64,000 bases of DNA from Botryllus schlosseri (lineage: Eukaryota), in the NCBI GenBank assembly GCA_051294905.1, contig CM119377.1:22134001-22198000 (forward strand), written 5' to 3'. Below, one piece after another: positions 36,702 through 51,240 of this stretch. Made by a program: the position numbers and the translations under genes. The notes under the pieces are model-generated. The model did not search any database. It was given only the letters and a program-made list of their open reading frames with translations, and had not been told where the DNA came from. The first letter of the stretch is position 1; every line of letters begins with the position of its first letter.

Positions 36702-38417
36702 TCCCTCCCGTGAGCTGTCACTCGATCAGTTGCTGCATGTCCAGTCCATATGCAATGTGTTTATTTTGTTAATATCATTTCATGATATGTACTACGTTAG
36801 ATCTGATGTCACTAACGGTTACCTAACGGATAAAAAGACTACCTTTCTTCCTGATCTATGATAATAGTAATCCTTTCGAAACCGAGAGAGATATTTGCTC
36901 TGAACCATGTGTATCAAATCGAATTGAAGATGGAAAAGTCCTAGAAAATAAAGCATTGACTCTTTCTTAAAAATACGTCTTTATGGTGCACTTTTAAGCC
37001 TAGAGACATGCTATGGATCTGAAGCCTTACTGCGAGTATCGTTGGCATTGCATGAGGACATAAGAACATTTATACCACGCTTCGCTTATATTGATGCACT
37101 CGTGCTTTGATTCGTAGATGCGCCTTCCCAATAAAATAAGCAGTTGTTCAAATGCATGTACGTTAATACTATTTTAAGACATTGCAAGCCGAGCGAAACA
37201 GCGACTGTTCATCTGAACAGCCTTTCGACCGCTCTGCTCGGCATTCAGTATCTAATTCGGAGATGCGTAAATGTCACGCCGCGTGCGATGACAATAAGTC
37301 GTGCAGACGATCGTGATGCGATTGGATCGACATATTCGCCATGAGCGACACATAGTTTTTCGCATTGAAGCATCTCCTGCTCTAGCAAGACATATTCTGT
37401 GACTAGGATTATATTCTAGCGTCTTGGTTTTCTTGACTACACGTCACTTCATTGTAATATTGTTATATCGTTCATGTCAGTAGTTTTTATGAGTAATCAT
37501 ATCCGCGGTCTACCTGTAGTTTAGAAAGAAATACAACAAGAGTCGGAAACCCTTTGAGAACTGCGGGTCACATAAATGACATAAACATTTTCAGCGGGCC
37601 ATAATAGTTTTTTTTATTTTAAAATTTTGTACAGAAAGCCCAACGGCCAACATGTGACTATCGAGCGGGAAGAGCTCTCTCGGAGATGGGTGAATGATCG
37701 TTCCGTTATATCAGTCATATTGCGTTCACTCTAACTCAGGGATGGGCAAACTTTTGAGCTCGCGGGCCGCATTCAACATCTGAATCCATTCGCGGGCCGC
37801 ACTATATAAAATTGAGATTACAAACCAAAACGCAATATTGGTATTTGATTATATAGTGAGGAAATGGAGATAATATATATGCTTTTTAAAACAAACTAAA
37901 CATTGCTTTGATGATATTGTACACGCGTCAGAAACAGTGGCGAGATTTATAGGCTGGTCGACCTCAAAACCAATTTGTCAAAACCATAGCGATAAAAGTC
38001 TTAGAACTCTTAGAACAGGGTTGAAATTTAAATCTGTGAGGAGCGATATATTCATAGGTTTACTATATCCACTTTTGGTTCAATTCCAAGACACACAATG
38101 CCGACAGCATCATAACCATGTTAGCTTCAAACACGCTTCTACTATGTGTAGATAAAATATAAATACCCTGATTTTACGCATACAGATAACGAATCTACCT
38201 AAGACACGCGTGAATCGTTTTTTTATAAGGTAATTATTTAAATAATTAAAACTGGAGTGGCCAATCTAAAATCACACTCGTGATCTGAATTATGGCAATC
38301 TCATTTAGGATTTCTGTGATGTTTAACAGTTGAAACCTTTCAAACTGCATGGGCCTTGAGATCGGGCTGTCGCGACAGAAATTAAACATAACAAATAATA
38401 TAGGAAGTACCTTAAAA

Positions 38418-38736
38418 CAGTGCTTCTCAAACTTTTTAAGACACGCCCCCACCCTTATGATGGTGAAAGATTTCGCACCCCCGTATCGTCATATATCACA
38501 AAATGCAACCAGCAGGACGCTCGCGAACCTAACGGATAGTTTGATGGCATGGCAGGTGATGACTGTGGATGAGAGATTTTGAAATATGAAATTCAGACTA
38601 AATACAGAGCCATAATTATGAATTGGATGTAAGTCGCGCGGGGCGCGAAAAAATTTCAGTTGAGCTCAGCTTCGCGCCACCATTCAGATGCTTTCGTGCC
38701 CCCAAGGAGGGCGCGCTCCCAGTTTGAGTACCACTG
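38418..38736. mobile_element. Charlie-like MITE
   Basis: CAGTGCTTCTCAAAC...GTTTGAGTACCACTG; homologous to 31028-31309. Confidence 0.78.
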
Positions 38737-39956
38737 CATTAGTATTATCATGGTGAAATATACCAAGAAAAAGTTTATTCAAGTCCCTGCATTGATGTGA
38801 TTTTTAGTACGCATTTTAGCAATATTTTTAATAAGTTTCTTTAGACTCTCGTGAGCCGCACAGAATGGTGTTGCGGGCCGTAGTTTGCCCACCCCTGCCT
38901 AACTGAACATGTTGCAATTTGCAATTTCCATTTCAACCTCTTCATAATTATCGCTGTTATGGAGCATAAACAGAATTGCAATGTGCTGGTTGCTAAGTCC
39001 GAGCCCGAATGTTCTTGCAGCACTATTTGAGTCCGTAAACCATTACAAAATATGTATATCGTTGTATATCGTTAAATATTCGAAAAACTATTAACCTTAG
39101 TTGGGCTCGACTTCCACCTCTGTTCTGCGGAATGACATGAGGAAGAACTCCACAAAACAGTAGTAGTTTTTTATCCCTCTCAAAGACCTACCTTTCATAT
39201 ATATCTTTGGATTTATCATTTCTCTTCTAGGAGTTAGCGTAATCTGACGACCCTGCCACTAACACGGCCGTAGTGCCACTGCCAACTATACACCGTTTCA
39301 TATCAGGCTATGCAACCACGGTGCTAAATATACGAATAACATACCTGGGTCGGAATTTGTACAGATGGCATGACGAATTCGTAAAAATCGACATCCCGAA
39401 CGATCTAACACTCGTAAATTGCGCTAATACCATGACAGTCCCCCGTTGAAACTGACATCATTTACATGCACACGATAAATGGCGTTTTACTGCAAGAACA
39501 GGCAGTCGGGAGATTGTGTCAGAAATACAGACAGTGGCTGAATGTGTCACATGTTTTGCGGAAGTTCTACGTCATCAACAATTGGTTTAGTTTATTCCAT
39601 GGACAAATCTGTACGAAGCGATTTATTTGACTATGCTGAATATTTTCGTAGATACGTTGCGGGTGACATGTAAAAGCAAGCGAGTCACAGGCTTACCACT
39701 TCCAATTAAGGGGATGCAACGTCTCAATCTGATCTGTATGCGGTCAAGCAATACTGATTAGCACGAAAGTGCAGCACGTGGTAGTAGGCGACTGATGTTT
39801 CCGAGGTTCTGTAGAATAACAATGTCAATGCAATACGTCTAAAGCCCATAGGGTAAGCAAATCGAATCATTTCGGTTGTAGTAAATTATATCCCTTTCAG
39901 ACAGTTTTCCTTTTGGTATGCGCGATCGAATTGCTTGGACGATGGAGATGAGAATA

Positions 39957-40143
39957 GACCGTTAGGTTATGGGTTCAGCACTCCCATTTTCATCTCCTCG
40001 CAGTACATTGTGCGTTCCTGATGGCTAGCGGAGAAGCCGCCGATATCGACTTTGAGATCAGGTGTTTGGTTTGACCTGGCCGGGGACTGAACCCACTGCA
40101 CACTGATCAAGAAGCTGGATGTTGTACCATTACGCCATCTCGT
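39957..40143 (-). mobile_element. SINE family B, reverse copy
   Basis: Reverse complement aligns with the head and body of 16422-16600. Confidence 0.7.
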
Positions 40144-40182
40144 CGCCTTTACGATTTAATCCCCAACATTTCCAGTGATACC

Positions 40183-40728
40183 CAGGGTTGTAACCTAGTC
40201 ACAAGGCTCCGAGTCACTAGTCAATCTCACTTTTATAGTTTCGACTCGAGTCAAGACGAGTCATTTTCAATTCACCACCGAGTCAAGTTCGAGTCCAAAT
40301 TATGGTAATACGACTCGAGTCCGAGTCCAAGTCATTATTTTGACTGATCAGTTTTCAGTTAAAGTATTGATAAACCCACTTTTTATAACTTTGTTTGGTG
40401 ATATCGAATGGTTCGCATTTATTATATACTAAATTTTCCTCAGTTTTAGCAGTTTCGGTCGCATTTTCAAGTACCAATACCAATAGACGAAATCCCAATA
40501 GGGTGGATACTTTACTATTCTTCGAAATTACAATGGAATATCGGTCTTGGCCATCTGAGTTTCGAGTCATACGACTTCGTTCGAGTCATGCGCAAGGAAT
40601 CGAGTCCAAGTCGAGTCAATAATACACAGATTGACTCGAGTCGAGTCGAGTCATTTCCGTATTTTTAAAAAATGACTCTGGTAAAGTCGAGTCATCAGAA
40701 AATCGTGACTCGAGCCATTACAACCGTG
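40183..40728. mobile_element. hAT-type MITE (GACTCGAGTC repeats)
   Basis: TIR CAGGGTTGTAA/TTACAACCGTG; perfect TSD GTGATACC; related fragments at ~25638-26110. Confidence 0.88.
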
Positions 40729-41242
40729 GTGATACCAGACTTGTAGCCTACTAAATACATGTTTTCTGAAAATGCGCAATTACAACTAGAACGGCGGTTC
40801 TCAACAGGAGATCCGCGAGGCCTCTAAATTTGAAAATTGATTTATAACCTGATTTGTACTTTTAATTGTAGGGAAATCACGATGCAGTTTCGTTTCGTAC
40901 CCGCTAAACTTCAGGACTAACATGAGATGAAACATCCTACTATATCCAGACGTGTATTAATTGTCAAAGTGCCAATAGCCTACTGATACAAGCATATTGT
41001 GGTTGATGGGTGTTTTGATGGAATTTGTGGAAAAAAATAGCAAGTTGCAGTAGTAAAGTCAATCAGGGCGACTTCGAAAGCTTATCATCTTGGATTTGAA
41101 ATCGTCAGTGTCAGCAAATTAGTGAACAGTAGTTTGAAATAGAAATTTCGTATTTCTATTTTCCATTTTCATCTGTGGGTTAATATACAATACCACTATT
41201 CCAGAATAAATTCAGGGTGAGCTGCTACATGGAAAGGACTTT

Positions 41243-41496
41243 GCGAGATAGCGTAGTGGTAAAATCCACGGCTGCAACACCAATGGGTTGTGGGTTGGAG
41301 TCCGACCGAGGACGACTCCAGAATTCCTACCTAGGTGTTGGAGGTTCATCTAGACTCCTTCCCGCCGTGCAATCCACATAAGCGGTGTCTATAAAAAGCC
41401 TACAAGTGGGTCGTGCAACAAGTCAGCAGATACGAAACAAAATTGAAGAATATCGGCCTGGTGTAAATGACCATGAATTCCACAAACAAACAAACA
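41243..41496 (+). mobile_element. tRNA-derived SINE, family A (near full length)
   Basis: A box TAGCGTAGTGG, degenerate B box, same body, (AAAC)n tail. Confidence 0.85.
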
Positions 41497-42504
41497 TGGA
41501 AATGACTGGGCTTAACGTTCATTAAAAATCTGTTTGTCAATTTTGGTGCTATATATGTTGCTATCACACACAAAGGTGTCGTCGGAGGCGTTACGCGTGA
41601 ATATTACATCCGCCACCTGCCCACCACCTATCTTTATGGAAATGGGTTCCAGCAATCGTTTATATCAAATCGACGGAGCGGATTTCCGAGACGCGACTGC
41701 GTACTGATACCGAAACTTTATACATACTATGATATTATCTCCACGTAGAGTAATCTTGTTGCTATTTATCACTACCCTGTGAGTAATATTTCCACAAGAC
41801 AGATGACGGTTACTTGATAATCGAGATAAATTTCGACTGAAACTTGCGGGGGTCCGCGAGGGTTCGTGATGGTCTAATAGGGGTCCGCGAAGACAAAAAG
41901 TTCGAGAACCAATCGTTGCTGCCGTGAGCTCAGTCGAAAGTGTGCTCCTATGGATTTAGCAGCTTGTCGAGATGAATGTATTGAATAATTATCGAAGGAG
42001 AGTGCTTCTATGTTGTGTACAGGGTCTATATTGGTTGTACGAAGAAATATGTGATATGAGAAGGTGAGTTTACCGGTAGGATGTGTAGATACGTACCAGA
42101 CGGCATGCCGGTATGATGGTACTGCCATGCAGTAATCTACACTCTGCAGTAGCAACCAGTCGTTTTGTTATGTATGCTCGCCAGTTGTGGTTATTCTATC
42201 TTACTATGCGATGAGTGTTTTGCGTCTGGCAACGATATTGCGATTAGGCTGACTCAGTTGCACATGTTTCTACAGCAGTCTGTTTTCTGCATACCTGATA
42301 AATCACTGCTTGTGATCACAGGGCTGCCTGCTATTCACTTATTCTGGTTCAATGTGTGTGTCTGATTGAAGGACTGCTACAAGTTATTTCATAACCTTGT
42401 TATCCTTGTATATACGTAGTTGATGTTAATTATTTGCATTTGACATTTTAACCTAGAATTCCATGTCCTGTGTTGTGATTATCATGTATCAAATGAGTAC
42501 CTAG

Positions 42505-42931
42505 CAGGGATGAGCGGATTTGAAATTTCTATGTCCTAATCCAATCCAAATCCGAACCTTCAAATCCAAATCCAAATCCTAATCCATAACTTTTTCATAG
42601 TCAAGTCCATGTCCAATCCTAATCCAATTGCAACTGGAATTTCAGAAAAAATACTAATTTATGCAATGGAGGGATTCGAAAATTTTCTTTCACAACCAAC
42701 GATCCACTTGATTCAAGATAACTTAGTAACCATAAGTACATTAATAACTGATCTGAATAAAGTTTGTCGCCATTCGCCACACGACATTTCAATCTCCCAG
42801 AAAATATGTAAATCCCATCCAAATCCTAATCCGTTCTGAAAAAAATGTCTAATCCAAATCCAATCCAAATCCGACAAAATTTCACAAATCCTGTTTTTTC
42901 AAAACCTAATCCTAATCCATGCTCATCTCTG
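42505..42931. mobile_element. hAT-type MITE, AATCC-repeat family
   Basis: TIR CAG(G/A)GATGAGC/GCTCATCTCTG; perfect TSD GTACCTAG. Confidence 0.92.
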
Positions 42932-45900
42932 GTACCTAGTTGGTTGATAGAAGCTGGTAATTTATTCCTGCAACACTATTTCATTTTATCAACTAAAATG
43001 AGTTCAGATTCACATTATATTGATGCATGCATTTTTACTACATAATGGTGTCTTTTCAATCTTACTACATCTGTTTACAGAAATTGTACTCTATAATCCT
43101 TTCCACTAGTAAAAAATCAGGCCAGTTGTTGATAACAGCCTACATCAACATCAATTGCTGATGTACTGCAAACATCTGGTATGTCCATTTCCATTCATTT
43201 CTAATCTTCATTTTAGTATTACTGCTGTAATTTCATTCAGTGGGGCAAGTGAAAACTCGATGGTCGCTTTGAGGAGCAATTTTCGGGAAAGGGGGAAACA
43301 TATTCATTTACTCCTAGTTGAAATGCTGCATTTGCACAAGATAGGACGTCATACTAGCAGAAAATGTTTCTCGCATCCAACGCAGAGAATAGGCCGTGAT
43401 AAAGTATAAATTTTTAGCTTCTTTGTTGACCATACTCATCTGTGTATCACTGTTGACAACCTGCCAGATATTGAAAAAGTTCACTACTCTGATAGTTTGA
43501 TTACTGCAGCAGAATAAGTTGAAGCAATGATTGGTTGAAGTGAAAACATCAGATATTGTGAATTGTGGTGTATCTTTGCATGAAGTAAAATTCCTTATGG
43601 CATATTAAATTTCAAAGGCATTGCTGTAACATAAGCTTTCAAATGTTTTAATATTGGGATTTAGAAACCACTGCGAGAGACAAATGATGTGAAACCAGCT
43701 GATGTGTAAACTAGCACTGCTACGTGATCATTTTGCGAACTTTATGGCGGCACAGTTGTGAGTCAACAGAGGCTGTGTGTGCTGCTGCAATAATGAAGGA
43801 CATTATGCAAACTTTTCCAAGTTTATGATCACAAGAACCAGTTGAAAACTAGCACTGTTATTTCATGCATATGTTTTGTCTATTATGATTATTACTGCAT
43901 CGATTTAATTGGCACCGTTGTATTGCATATTATTCTTGTTTCTTTCTTCAAATGTATACATTCTGTATTTGCAGATGTTGCTTTCAAGTGTAACCATTTC
44001 ATTTTATTGTTCATCATTTCTTCGTATAACATGATTGAAAATTCAATTCTGTATTGTAAGGCACACTTGATTTCTCGGAATGATCAGGAATAGGTGACTA
44101 TTTATCCAAGGTGGTCAAAATATTCAGCGTTGCTACTCATACATTAGTATTGCTGTAAAGTTGTACTCGCCTTCAAGTAGAATTAGCAATTTCAGAGACA
44201 CATGGAAACTACTTCAAGCGTAGGAAATGAAGAAATGAAAGGTGATCAAGTAGTTTTAAATAGTAGATTTGGTTGATAGCTCGAATAGTTTTAACAGAGG
44301 TGGTCACTTTTAAATTGCAGGGTGCATATTTGTGACTATCGCAAACTGACCTGTGACACTACGAATAGGTGCAAATATTACAAAGTGCAAAAAGTAGATT
44401 AGTAATGTTGTTGCGTGAAAGTGATATAAAACCCAACCTATTGAAAAAGTAGACAAAACCTCTGAGTACTCCCTACCTGAGCTTTATATATGTCTGTCAT
44501 ATTTCAATATGTTGAAAAGAGGCATAGCAAACTGGAATGGAATCAGGGTGTACCGCTTGCAACCGTGGTTGATCGACCGCGGCAGTGTGAATATACGCCC
44601 GGTTGGTCGTCGCACGGCTACCGTACAGTGATCGCGTATAATCGCGAGTCGTGAATGTGTGAATTGAGTCTTGCGATACGTGCGGTACGCGCGAATTTAC
44701 CGTGCGAACCGGGTATGTGTGAATTCGCCTTTAGAACGAACGACCGCAACTAACTATAGATTAAATTCCAAAGCAACTTTAATTATTTTTATTTTACTGG
44801 AATCGAATCGGCTAGCCACGTTAGCATCAGTTCAAGTTAGAAATGGAAGGGAATTCGACCCTCAAAATCCACCTTTTGGCTACGCCACTGTATGTGTAGT
44901 ATAGCCCATAGGTGTGATAGCTCTAGTCGAGCAATGGCTGCAAGAACATCGCACAACAGAACACCGGAGAACGACAGCTGTTTTCAAGTTGTTCGGCAAC
45001 CAATTCTTTTAAACTAGAACAACTCGAACCAGGATACTCGCTTTTCAGGATCGGGAACCACAACTGATAGAGCTACTCAAAGTCTGAGGGGTTCCATAAA
45101 AGGTTACTGACGTTTTGACTCCGTATATACATATCAAAACAATGTTTTATGCAGACTACTACATGTAAGATTCCCTTCCCGCTAGCTAGTCGGAAGACTA
45201 TGCAATACAACTTTACATGGAATAGAATTTCGCAAGCTCATATATCACGATTCAAAACCAATCGGAGTTCTCCGCAATATTGTCATGTTAATACTTGCTA
45301 TGACTATACGCCAACTATCCCATAACCATACTTGCATTGTCTCAAGTCATCGCATAAGCGCATGATATGATTCTGCGGGCAACCATTACGGCAAAACGAT
45401 ACGATATTAGAATACCTACATGATCTATCACGTAAATCTGTGGCAAACTAAACAAGCTACTGAACGTGTCGGTGTATAGGTCACTTCCGCAATGTTGTCG
45501 GAGTGTTGTTTGACTAATCAACTAATCTTCATATTATGCGCCAGCGACCAGGAATACATTCTCTCTATGCCAGTGGTTCCTGACCGGTGTTCCCTGAGCC
45601 AATCTTAGGGGTTCTAGTTAGGTCAAGACACTTACTGAACATCGGTGATTTACTTGATTTATTCACGTAAATGTTTTAATTAAATTATAAGCCACATTTC
45701 CTAATAACTATAGATTCGAAACGCAATTAATTACACTGAGATGGGCGCGAATGGAATTAGTACGGTAATCCAATATTTGATCGTTGAAACTTGATTATAT
45801 GCGTGGAGCTAGCCTAAACACATAACTTGGCAAACTTGATTACTCCCAAAATGTGGGAGTACTCCGTCCCTTGTCACCCTTGTCGTTTTCGTAGTTTCAG

Positions 45901-46313
45901 TTTTTCGAGCGGCTGACATGAATGTTAGATCGACAGGCTTTATAGAATTTTCACCTTGTCAAATTTGGTATAAATAGCGAGAGATTTGAACCATATCGCC
46001 TACCTAAGCCTAGATGATTGAAGTGCATGCAAAAACTACTTTTTCTATGACAGAATTAAGTATAGGTTACCACTCTAGTATTTCTGCATCAAAACGGTTT
46101 AGCACAATACGAAGCAGTAGACGAAAAATCTACTTGAGCTGACATACGTTGTTGCAAATGAACACTGGCATTTACCGGGCAGACACATGTCGAGCTTGAA
46201 AGGGAGAGATGAGCAAAAAATAGTTTGAGAACCACTGATGTAAGCTTCCAGTCACGGAAACGCTAGCTTGAGCTGAACGTGACTCATACCCATACGACGT
46301 GTGCGCGTATGAT

Positions 46314-46568
46314 TCAGAGTAGTTTTCTGTGATTGGAACTTTTGCTATATTGTTCACTCGCGGAAATCCCGTTTCCATTGACGACCGGTCTTTTGTCTTT
46401 AGCTTCTGTGATATGGCGTCTTCGACTGTACGTTTTGAAGTAGAAATTCAAAAATAGCACGGCCAGAGTTACGGCATATAAGAAAAGGAATTTGTTCAGC
46501 CAGGTCGGGAAGTCACATTGAACTCTCAGGTTGTTCACACTGAAGACGCCTAGAATGAAGAACTGACT
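46314..46568 (-). CDS. ELOVL4: ELOVL4-like elongase, coding exon 6 (terminal)
   Basis: TTTTTCAG| SQFFILGVFSVNNLRVQCDFPTWLNKFLFLYAVTLAVLFLNFYFKTYSRRRHITEAKDKRPVVNGNGISASEQYSKSSNHRKLL*. Completes TxxQxxQ and LFxNFY; K at -3 (ER-retrieval-like). Total CDS 876 nt (291 aa). Subfamily assignment is tentative. Confidence 0.93.
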   Translation of the reverse strand, partial: SQFFILGVFSVNNLRVQCDFPTWLNKFLFLYAVTLAVLFLNFYFKTYSRRRHITEAKDKRPVVNGNGISASEQYSKSSNHRKLL

Positions 46569-48283
46569 CTGAAAAATGATACAAAGAGGTGGTATTAGGC
46601 GAAGAATAGCGAGATCTTATCCGAATAACTATTTATAAACCAATGGTACACCCACACAACCATGGTAACTACATTGAACGTGTTGACACTAAACTGGATT
46701 GATTCTTACATTACTTATAACCCATAATTATAAGGTGGCACGAAATAACACGACATAATTGTTAGATTAATTAGATTAAAGCTTCTCAAAGTATTCCCAC
46801 ATTTTTGCTCAATCAGATGGTGGTATTTCCATTGCCTTTAATACTCAGGATTATCAATTGGCATCGTTGGAAAAGACTGTGTGACATGTCAATATAAATA
46901 AAAATTGTTAACAAAGTAAAATATTTTTGCAACCTGCATTTCATTTGTATCGTAGATGTTTGCATTGTTGGTGGTGTCATTCGGGATGTATACATCGGGC
47001 TCGAGCCAGATGGTATGAGCGCGTACCCAATGGTTGTTATAATAGTCTTGCTTCGATCCCGAATATAGCGCATACAATTATGATATCGTGAATTAGTCGA
47101 GTGGTCCTCGGGCGCGATTTAATTTATTCAATTTAATTTATGGCTACTTCAACATGTGTCAGTGCTAGTACCTAGTTACCGCCACCAAGCGATGGTTTAC
47201 ATTGTAAAATTCAGACTTATCATCGCCATATTGCGGTGAATCCATTGATTTATTAAAGTGATGTTGCGTTTTACAGGCTTCGAAAGGGGTAAGTGGTTGA
47301 ATTATTCCGTGATCGTATTACTACAGTGAACATATCGTGTACATCACTGGAGGCCAGCCCGCTATCCGCGAGCTGGTTTTGCGTGACTCGCGTGGTAATT
47401 TCATTAAAAAAAAGCTATATTATCGAAAAAAATCACACACGCTATGTATTGTGATCTTGCAAGATCAAGCAACAATATGATTAGCATGGGAAGAGTTTCG
47501 ACGCATTGGCGTAGCCAGGAGTGGCGGACAGGTTCATGCCAGATGCTAACCCCACATTCATAGTAAATCATTAAAATTGTGTCATAAAGTAGACTATTTC
47601 GCGGCAGATTTCCTGATGTTGAATTTGTTGATGGCTATATCCGCTGTTGCAGGCCCATATGTAGACCATTCGCAGGTTTCTTCGTTTCATGGGTGTACCA
47701 GTTTTTGAAGTTTTGTCCTTGATCTGTGTATATATTCGAAGACGCATAATAATCATATAACCAATCTACTTCTTGGCGTGCGAAATTCTTGTCGCCCATT
47801 TACGGCTTACGCAGAGCCTGTATATCGACTCTAAGTATGTCATTGAGTTCATATTGAATACGGGTCTGCGGTTGATTTTGTTAGCGTCAAAACACTGCAA
47901 CACATAATCTATTTTGATAATTGTGAGCGGATTCATGCCGAAATGTGTATTCGTTGCACTAAGTACAAACAGGATGATGAAGGCAGTATAATGCCGTATC
48001 AAGAATTACAAATTAGCGAAGGAAATTGATGCCGATGTCCGCGATTGAACTCAATCAGTAATCCTTCGTCAAATATTAACTTTCCGGTTGTCAGGCGTAG
48101 AACGGGATGTCGTTCACCAGCTGTGCGTTGCGTAGGAACGATCGACATATTGCGTTGCTGCTTTTCCGGAGACATTTCGCGTGCGTTACACACAATTCAA
48201 AGCACAAATATCTAACGGAAAGGCCTAAATGAGATATTTGCAGAGGTGATCAAAGCAGCGTTCATACTCAGGTAGAACTTTAA

Positions 48284-48673
48284 TAGCGTTACCATACGTC
48301 TTCTTTTAAGAGGATTTGTCCTTTTTTTGCAAGTGTCCTCGGAGGACGCCCAAATGTCCTCTTTTTTGAGCTTTTGTCCTCTTTTTTGCGAATATTGGTT
48401 AAATATAGGGCCAAATCCGACTGAGATACAGTAAATCAGTTCCGGCGGCTATTCCGGGAGCTGAGCCGGAAAGCTGACCTTTATTTAGTCAACCAAAGGA
48501 TAATGTGAAAGAAAAATTGCATTTCGGGACTTTAGCCGGTCGACCCTTTTTTTATTCAACCGACCACGAAGTGGGGAAAATCTACCATTTTTCAGGATTT
48601 TCCTCCGGTATTAGAAGTGTTAAAATTTTGAAAAGGTGTCCTCCTTTCACATTTCCAATATATGGTAACCCTA
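48284..48673. mobile_element. hAT-type MITE with the same TIR as 11302-12051
   Basis: TAGCGTTACCATA/TATGGTAACCCTA; TGTCCTC repeats; TSD not recognisable. Confidence 0.65.
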
Positions 48674-48936
48674 ATAAGCAACTGTATAAATTTATACTGA
48701 AGTAGCCTACAAGAAGAAATACTGATTTCAAGGACAGGTCAAAATGATTTAAATTGGGAGTAGACATGAAGATCTGTAAAGAACACAAGTAGATTCGGTC
48801 GATGTATCGCATACTTTTAGCGCAGGTAATCGGGGGTGGGCACTTTCCAAATTGCCTGGTGCATCTTCGCGACTATTAAGCCAAATGACCATAACTCTAC
48901 AACTACGCGCAATTATCAAAATGTATTCAGTTACTG

Positions 48937-49596
48937 CAGTGTTTCCCAAACTTCTTTTTCAACACAACGCTCCCTTGGGTTGCACATCAGGTGTCAAACG
49001 GCTCCTAACCCCCTCCTACACCAAACAAGTTGTTTGGTTCCTTCTACTGTCACTACGTGGTTGTGTAGACTTTTTGTGTTGATCCAATTTATTGGCATCC
49101 TGATATACGTCATGTACGTTATATATGAATCACATTTTGTTCAAATTTCTGGGACAGACCCAATCAGTGAAAACATTCGTGCCAGACAATTTCTCTTCCA
49201 AATAACCGTACTTCGTTTTGATGTGATCTGCGCTTAAAGTGTCATCGTTGTCGTTTTTCGTGCGGTTAAATGTTTGTACATAATTTTCGTTCAATATGTG
49301 CCACAGAATAATTAGCCTATTCTTGGTTTGATCCATTCTTTGTTTAGTTGTAAACGAAATGTTTTACAACAATGAACATTTGCGGAGAGCGTTGGAGACG
49401 ATTTTCGATTAATGCACCTTGTACGACCGCGAACGATGTGACCAAATATTAATAAATCTGACTTTGGTGCACAGAGAGAGCTAGGAACGACCAGATTTTC
49501 CCATATTCCATAGCGCCCACGTTTACTCTCAGCGCCCTCTTACATGTCGCAAACGCCCAAAAGGGGGGACGCCGGCGCACACTTTGTGAACCACTG
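48937..49596. mobile_element. Charlie-like hAT element
   Basis: CAGTGTTTCCCAAAC/CTTTGTGAACCACTG; TSD AGTTACTG/AGTTACTA. Confidence 0.8.
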
Positions 49597-50275
49597 AGTT
49601 ACTATGATACAGGGACTCTTTCGTCCAGTTGTCATGATAATAACTAAGCAGTACAAATAGGCCTACTCGAGTATTGAGAATAAGTAATATTACTTTGTTA
49701 TTGACGAGTGACCACCTCTGTGTGTAACGTATCCATGAAGATCAATTCATTACGTGGGCAATTGTGGGCGAGTTAAGTTAACCAATGCGAAGTATTAAGT
49801 CGGACGATAAGAAAGTCTACCAACCCATTCAGATGATCACGTCAATAATCAATGGCTCACTGTGCGGAAAGAAAAATGAGATGCGGATTATTACCAAACG
49901 GAAATGCTACGAAATTGATCGTCAGCGATTGAAATATCAAATTTCGAGATTTCAGATGGGGCTAGGATTGGATTTGTTGCCTGTCGCGTATTTACATTAT
50001 CTTAGCGCAGTGATCGAATGTATGAAACCTCTAAAATAAGTTATATTTGTTCTCGGCTACCCATTAACTAGCTTTAAATCGATATCGCCGAATTCTTCAT
50101 ATATTCACCATTCTCGTAATTGCCATATTATCTATGGATAGGTGACACTCAGAAATCCGAGTCTCTTCTAAATTTGTTCACGTTGTAGTTTCGCAATTTC
50201 ACGACGGGATTTTGCGTTATCATCATTGGGATACAAAGAGCAAAGCATTTGAACTATGGTGAATCACAACTAGTG

Positions 50276-51037
50276 CAGGGGTGGCAAACTTTTTTGCCAT
50301 TCACGGCCGCATTTCGACTACTCATGTAGCCTACGGCCGCATTCCAGGGCATAGTCGTAATGAACGAGCTGGACACCAGATACCCATGTTGAAGTGTCTA
50401 TGTCCATTTCCGATGAACTCCGGAAACTAATCTATTTTAAGATGCAAACACCGAAATCGCAAACGGTCACTGGTAATGTTAAGGGATCGTACATAATCGC
50501 GCCAGGCGCGAAATTGATTTCAGATTTATCACTGAATTTCGTCATTAATATTAGTAGTTTTACATATTACTATCAAATATTTTTCCTTTCTCGGCCCATG
50601 TGATCAGATTCGGCGGTAGACTTCATGGAAGGGGTATTTTCGAAAATTTAGGGCAAGTTATACATTATGATGCATCTTCAGGAGGGCCAATTGTTTTAAA
50701 TCACTTTGTTGCATGCTGTTATTTCTTTATCTCCCATCAGGATGGTCGGTATAAGGAGAAGCAACACGATTCCGAGTTGGTATTACTATATGAGGCGCAT
50801 CATTTTCCTCTGGTGTTGGCATCTGAACTGTGTGGCTCTGGTTGCAAAGAGCGCCACTATATTAAAATCGAAAAATGGAGTCACATTGAATCGGGATTTA
50901 ATAAAACCTTCCGAGTAATCGGGAGTCAATTCGAAAATTCAAATTGCATGTCAACGGCCCCCAACACATACTAATTTAATTATACGTGTCCACGGCCGCA
51001 CAAATTTCCTTCTACGGCCGTAGGTTTGCCACCCCTG
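50276..51037. mobile_element. hAT-type element in ELOVL intron 5
   Basis: TIR CAGGGGTGGCAAAC/GTTTGCCACCCCTG; TSD degenerate. Confidence 0.75.
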
Positions 51038-51061
51038 ATCTATATCGTATCTTTCACGTAC

Positions 51062-51189
51062 CAGTTGAATAATCGTTATATACTTTTTCCACCAAAGATA
51101 CTTTTGCATGTGCGGTCCGACTGCACTCAATCCGTAGTACGTGTACATGATCGCATGAACAATTGAGTTGATCAATCCGAATAGAAACG
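51062..51189 (-). CDS. ELOVL4: ELOVL4-like elongase, coding exon 5
   Basis: TTCCAG|(T)[42 protein letters not shown]|GTACGT. 128 nt; HxxMYxYY motif. Confidence 0.96.
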
Positions 51190-51240
51190 CTGGAACAGAA
51201 ATAAACAGATTGGGCATCTATCCCGCCAGTTGTATCTAAA

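Noticed and set aside
46889-47077. IWLEPDVYIPND resembling a Cys-loop receptor WxPD motif
   Set aside because: Short isolated match inside an ELOVL intron with no supporting exons.
47766-48002. ORF with a signal-peptide-like start
   Set aside because: Starts at TTG, intronic, no recognisable homology or processing pattern.
48836-49336. ORFs resembling an ELOVL end (IQF on +; ENYVQTF on -)
   Set aside because: Wrong strand or no motif match, and inside hAT element 48937-49596; the true last exon is 46314-46568.
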